Positions 34,751 through 37,722 of a stretch of 37,722 nucleotides of DNA are shown piece after piece. The stretch spans positions 10,018,259 through 10,055,980 of the forward strand of contig NC_057750.1 in NCBI RefSeq assembly GCF_004010195.1. Reading direction: 5' to 3'. Source of the stretch: Chiloscyllium plagiosum. Its lineage: Eukaryota. The number at the start of each line of letters is the position of its first letter. Positions within the stretch are counted from its first letter, which is position 1. Below the pieces are notes generated by a model. It saw only the letters and a program-made list of their open reading frames with translations. It searched no databases and was not told the DNA's origin. Position numbers and translations under genes: made by a program.

Positions 34751-35688
34751 NNNNNNNNNNNNNNNNNNNNNNNNNNNNNNNNNNNNNNNNNNNNNNNNNN
34801 NNNNNNNNNNNNNNNNNNNNNNNNNNNNNNNNNNNNNNNNNNNNNNNNNNNNNNNNNNNNNNNNNNNNNNNNNNNNNNNNNNNNNNNNNNNNNNNNNNNN
34901 NNNNNNNNNNNNNNNNNNNNNNNNNNNNNNNNNNNNNNNNNNNNNNNNNNNNNNNNNNNNNNNNNNNNNNNNNNNNNNNNNNNNNNNNNNNNNNNNNNNN
35001 NNNNNNNNNNNNNNNNNNNNNNNNNNNNNNNNNNNNNNNNNNNNNNNNNNNNNNNNNNNNNNNNNNNNNNNNNNNNNNNNNNNNNNNNNNNNNNNNNNNN
35101 NNNNNNNNNNNNNNNNNNNNNNNNNNNNNNNNNNNNNNNNNNNNNNNNNNNNNNNNNNNNNNNNNNNNNNNNNNNNNNNNNNNNNNNNNNNNNNNNNNNN
35201 NNNNNNNNNNNNNNNNNNNNNNNNNNNNNNNNNNNNNNNNNNNNNNNNNNNNNNNNNNNNNNNNNNNNNNNNNNNNNNNNNNNNNNNNNNNNNNNNNNNN
35301 NNNNNNNNNNNNNNNNNNNNNNNNNNNNNNNNNNNNNNNNNNNNNNNNNNNNNNNNNNNNNNNNNNNNNNNNNNNNNNNNNNNNNNNNNNNNNNNNNNNN
35401 NNNNNNNNNNNNNNNNNNNNNNNNNNNNNNNNNNNNNNNNNNNNNNNNNNNNNNNNNNNNNNNNNNNNNNNNNNNNNNNNNNNNNNNNNNNNNNNNNNNN
35501 NNNNNNNNNNNNNNNNNNNNNNNNNNNNNNNNNNNNNNNNNNNNNNNNNNNNNNNNNNNNNNNNNNNNNNNNNNNNNNNNNNNNNNNNNNNNNNNNNNNN
35601 NNNNNNNNNNNNNNNNNNNNNNNNNNNNNNNNNNNNNNNNNNNNNNNNNNNNNNNNNNNNNNNNNNNNNNNNNNNNNNNNNNNNNNNN

Positions 35689-36095
35689 ATGGGGTAATTT
35701 AGCATGGCCAATCCACCCTAACCTGCACATCCCTGAATACTATGGGCAATTTAGCATGGCCAATCCACCCTAACCTGCACAACCCTGAATACTATGGGCA
35801 ATTTAGCATGGCCAATCCACCCTAACCTGCACACCCTTGAATACTATGGGGCAATTTAGCATGGCCAATCCACCCTAACCTGCACATCCCTGAATACTAT
35901 GGGCAATTTAGCATGGCCAATCCACCTGACTTGCACATTTTTGGACAGTGGGAGGAAACTGGAACACCCAAAGGAAACCCATGCAGACACAGGGAGAATG
36001 TACACACTCCACACATTCACCCGAAGGTGGGATCAAACCCGGGTCCCCTGGCGCTGTGAGGCAGCGGTGCTACCCACTGAGCCACTGCGTGCGCC
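35689..36095 (-). mobile_element. HE1-type SINE with internal ~53-bp subrepeat expanded to at least 4 copies (runs into the gap)
   Basis: Head at ~36030-36095, V-domain at ~35940-36015, array at 35689-35925. Confidence 0.9.
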
Positions 36096-37082
36096 CCAAT
36101 CAGGGCAGCCCACAACCTTTTAGTGAAAGATCGAGGAGCTGAGTGAGCCAGTGCTGCTCCTTTTACTTACGATCCTCCGCCTCCCACAATCTGAGAGCGT
36201 GAATGGGCTTTCAGAATTCATTCATAGGACCTCTCTACCCACCCTCCACCTCCAAGATATGTGGAAAAATGCAGGAAAGGGTCGCCAGTGAATTTCTCAG
36301 GGCAGGAAGGAAATAAACTGAATTCCTGGAGAATTAGGGAAAGGAGATTTCAACAGCTGCTCTGTGTGGCTTTTTTGGGTTTATGATTCCTCAGAATAGA
36401 GTCTGGGTCGAGCCCTGAAGCTCACGATGAAACAGTGCAGCCTTCTTAGCGGAGGAATTTTCACGCTCAGACAGGACACAGGCAGCATTTAGTTCCTGCT
36501 CACTGTTTGCGTCCTGGTCTGGCTTTCGTCTCTCCCACATTGAATCCAGGCTTGGATCAGCAGATGGAAATGCTTTCAGTGACTGAAGGTGTGGAGCACC
36601 TTTCAAATCAGACAGAGGGCTGACGGCTGGCCACTGCTACATCTGGATACCATGTGAGCACCCACCCAACCCCACAACTCGCCCCAAACCCACCCCCACC
36701 CCTCCGCCACCCCAACTCCCACAAACCACTCCCCACCCCACATACCAGACTCAATCACAACAGGAAGGCTGAGGGGAGACTGACCAAGACCAGGCATCAC
36801 TCTTTCGTGACAGAGATGTTCAGTAAAAACAAACAGACTGTTCCCTGGGCTTCAGGCGGATGCTCCACTCTGGAATAACAGCCTGTCCTTCAGCAGCCGT
36901 CTGGCAAGGAGTCTCAGAAATGACTTACTCCTCACCCCTACTCGCAGAAACTCAGCTCCCTGCTCAGCCAGGGCCCACCAACACTATCTCCAACAACACT
37001 CCAACAAACTCAACAGTAACTCCATCATCACACTGACCATTCCGTCTGCGTAGTCAACCCTCCTCACTCATTCAAACACTGG

Positions 37083-37722
37083 CTCTGAGACCCTCCTCAG
37101 TAACTCTAGCACTGTCTCTGTGCCCCCACCCTCAGTAACTCCAGCACTGTCACTGAGACCCCCCTCAGTAACTCCAGCACTGTCTCTGAGACCCCCCTCA
37201 CTAACTCCAGCACTGTCTCTGAGACTCCCCCCTCAGTAACTCCAGCACTGTCTCTGTGCCCACCCTCAGTAACTCCAGCACTGTCTCTGTGCCCACCCTC
37301 AGTAACTCCAGCACTGTCTCTGTGCCCACCCTCAGTAACTCCAGCACTGTCTCTGTGCCCACCCTCAGTAACTCCAGCACTGTCTCTGTGCCCACCCTCA
37401 GTAACTCCAGCACTGTCTCTGTGCCCACCCTCAGTAACTCCAGCACTGTCTCTGTGCCCACCCTCAGTAACTCCAGCACTGTCTCTGTGCCCACCCTCAG
37501 TAACTCCAGCACTGTCTCTGTGCCCACCCTCAGTAACTCCAGCACTGTCTCTGTGCCCACCCTCAGTAACTCCAGCACTGTCTCTGTGCCCACCCTCAGT
37601 AACTCCAGCACTGTCTCTTAGACCCCCCTCAGTAACTCCAGCACTGTCACTGAGACCACCCCCCATCAACTCCAGCACTGTCTCTGAGACCCCCCTCAGT
37701 AACTCCAGCACTTTCTCTGAGA
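37083..37722. repeat. 33-bp minisatellite (cagtaactccagcactgtctctgtgcccaccct)n, continuing past the window end
   Basis: Identical units in the centre (~37230-37615) and variant units (gagaccccc) at both edges. The 11-aa periodic ORFs confirm the 33-bp period. Confidence 0.97.

Noticed and set aside
34374..35773. Long ORFs of 318-445 aa with His/Thr- or Cys/Val-rich ends
   Set aside because: N-gap plus translation of the (TG)n microsatellite.
36391..36606. 71-aa minus-strand ORF as a terminal coding exon
   Set aside because: No recognisable homology and no pyrimidine tract at the possible upstream acceptor.
37106..37711. Repetitive 121-201 aa ORFs (mucin-like on +)
   Set aside because: A consequence of a 33-bp unit being open in several frames. 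There is no unique flanking coding sequence or splice support.
1..37722. Conserved vertebrate miRNA hairpins
   Set aside because: I recognised no mature miRNA sequence in the unique segments, and the long hairpins present are PLE-derived. A miRBase/Rfam scan would be needed to exclude them fully.

Overview
Eukaryotic, repeat-dominated DNA with two N-gaps (3754-4385, 34751-35688). It is almost certainly from a shark or ray: many HE1-type V-SINEs are present with their partner CR1-like (HER1-type) LINE tails. I find no intact protein-coding gene. Nearly all ORFs in the track are decayed retroelement pieces, antisense reads of repeats, or N-gap artefacts. Contents: many 5'-truncated CR1 LINE ends, two long decayed CR1 ORF2 copies (13046-15830, 17135-19295), three Penelope-like (PLE) fragments (one RT, two GIY-YIG), about a dozen HE1 SINEs, a second tRNA-derived SINE family, an old fragmented L2, two DeuSINE-like relics, and 33-, 53- and 70-bp tandem arrays. 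The most structured signal is a set of four to five distinct short PLE terminal-repeat families. Each carries a minimal hammerhead ribozyme core whose stems I, II and palindromic III differ in sequence between families but keep their pairing; several sit in inverted-arm insertions with 11-15 bp target-site duplications. Two apparent local templated copy events and a speculative + strand non-coding exon chain are also noted. Family names come from recalled consensus sequences, not database searches, and TE boundaries are approximate.
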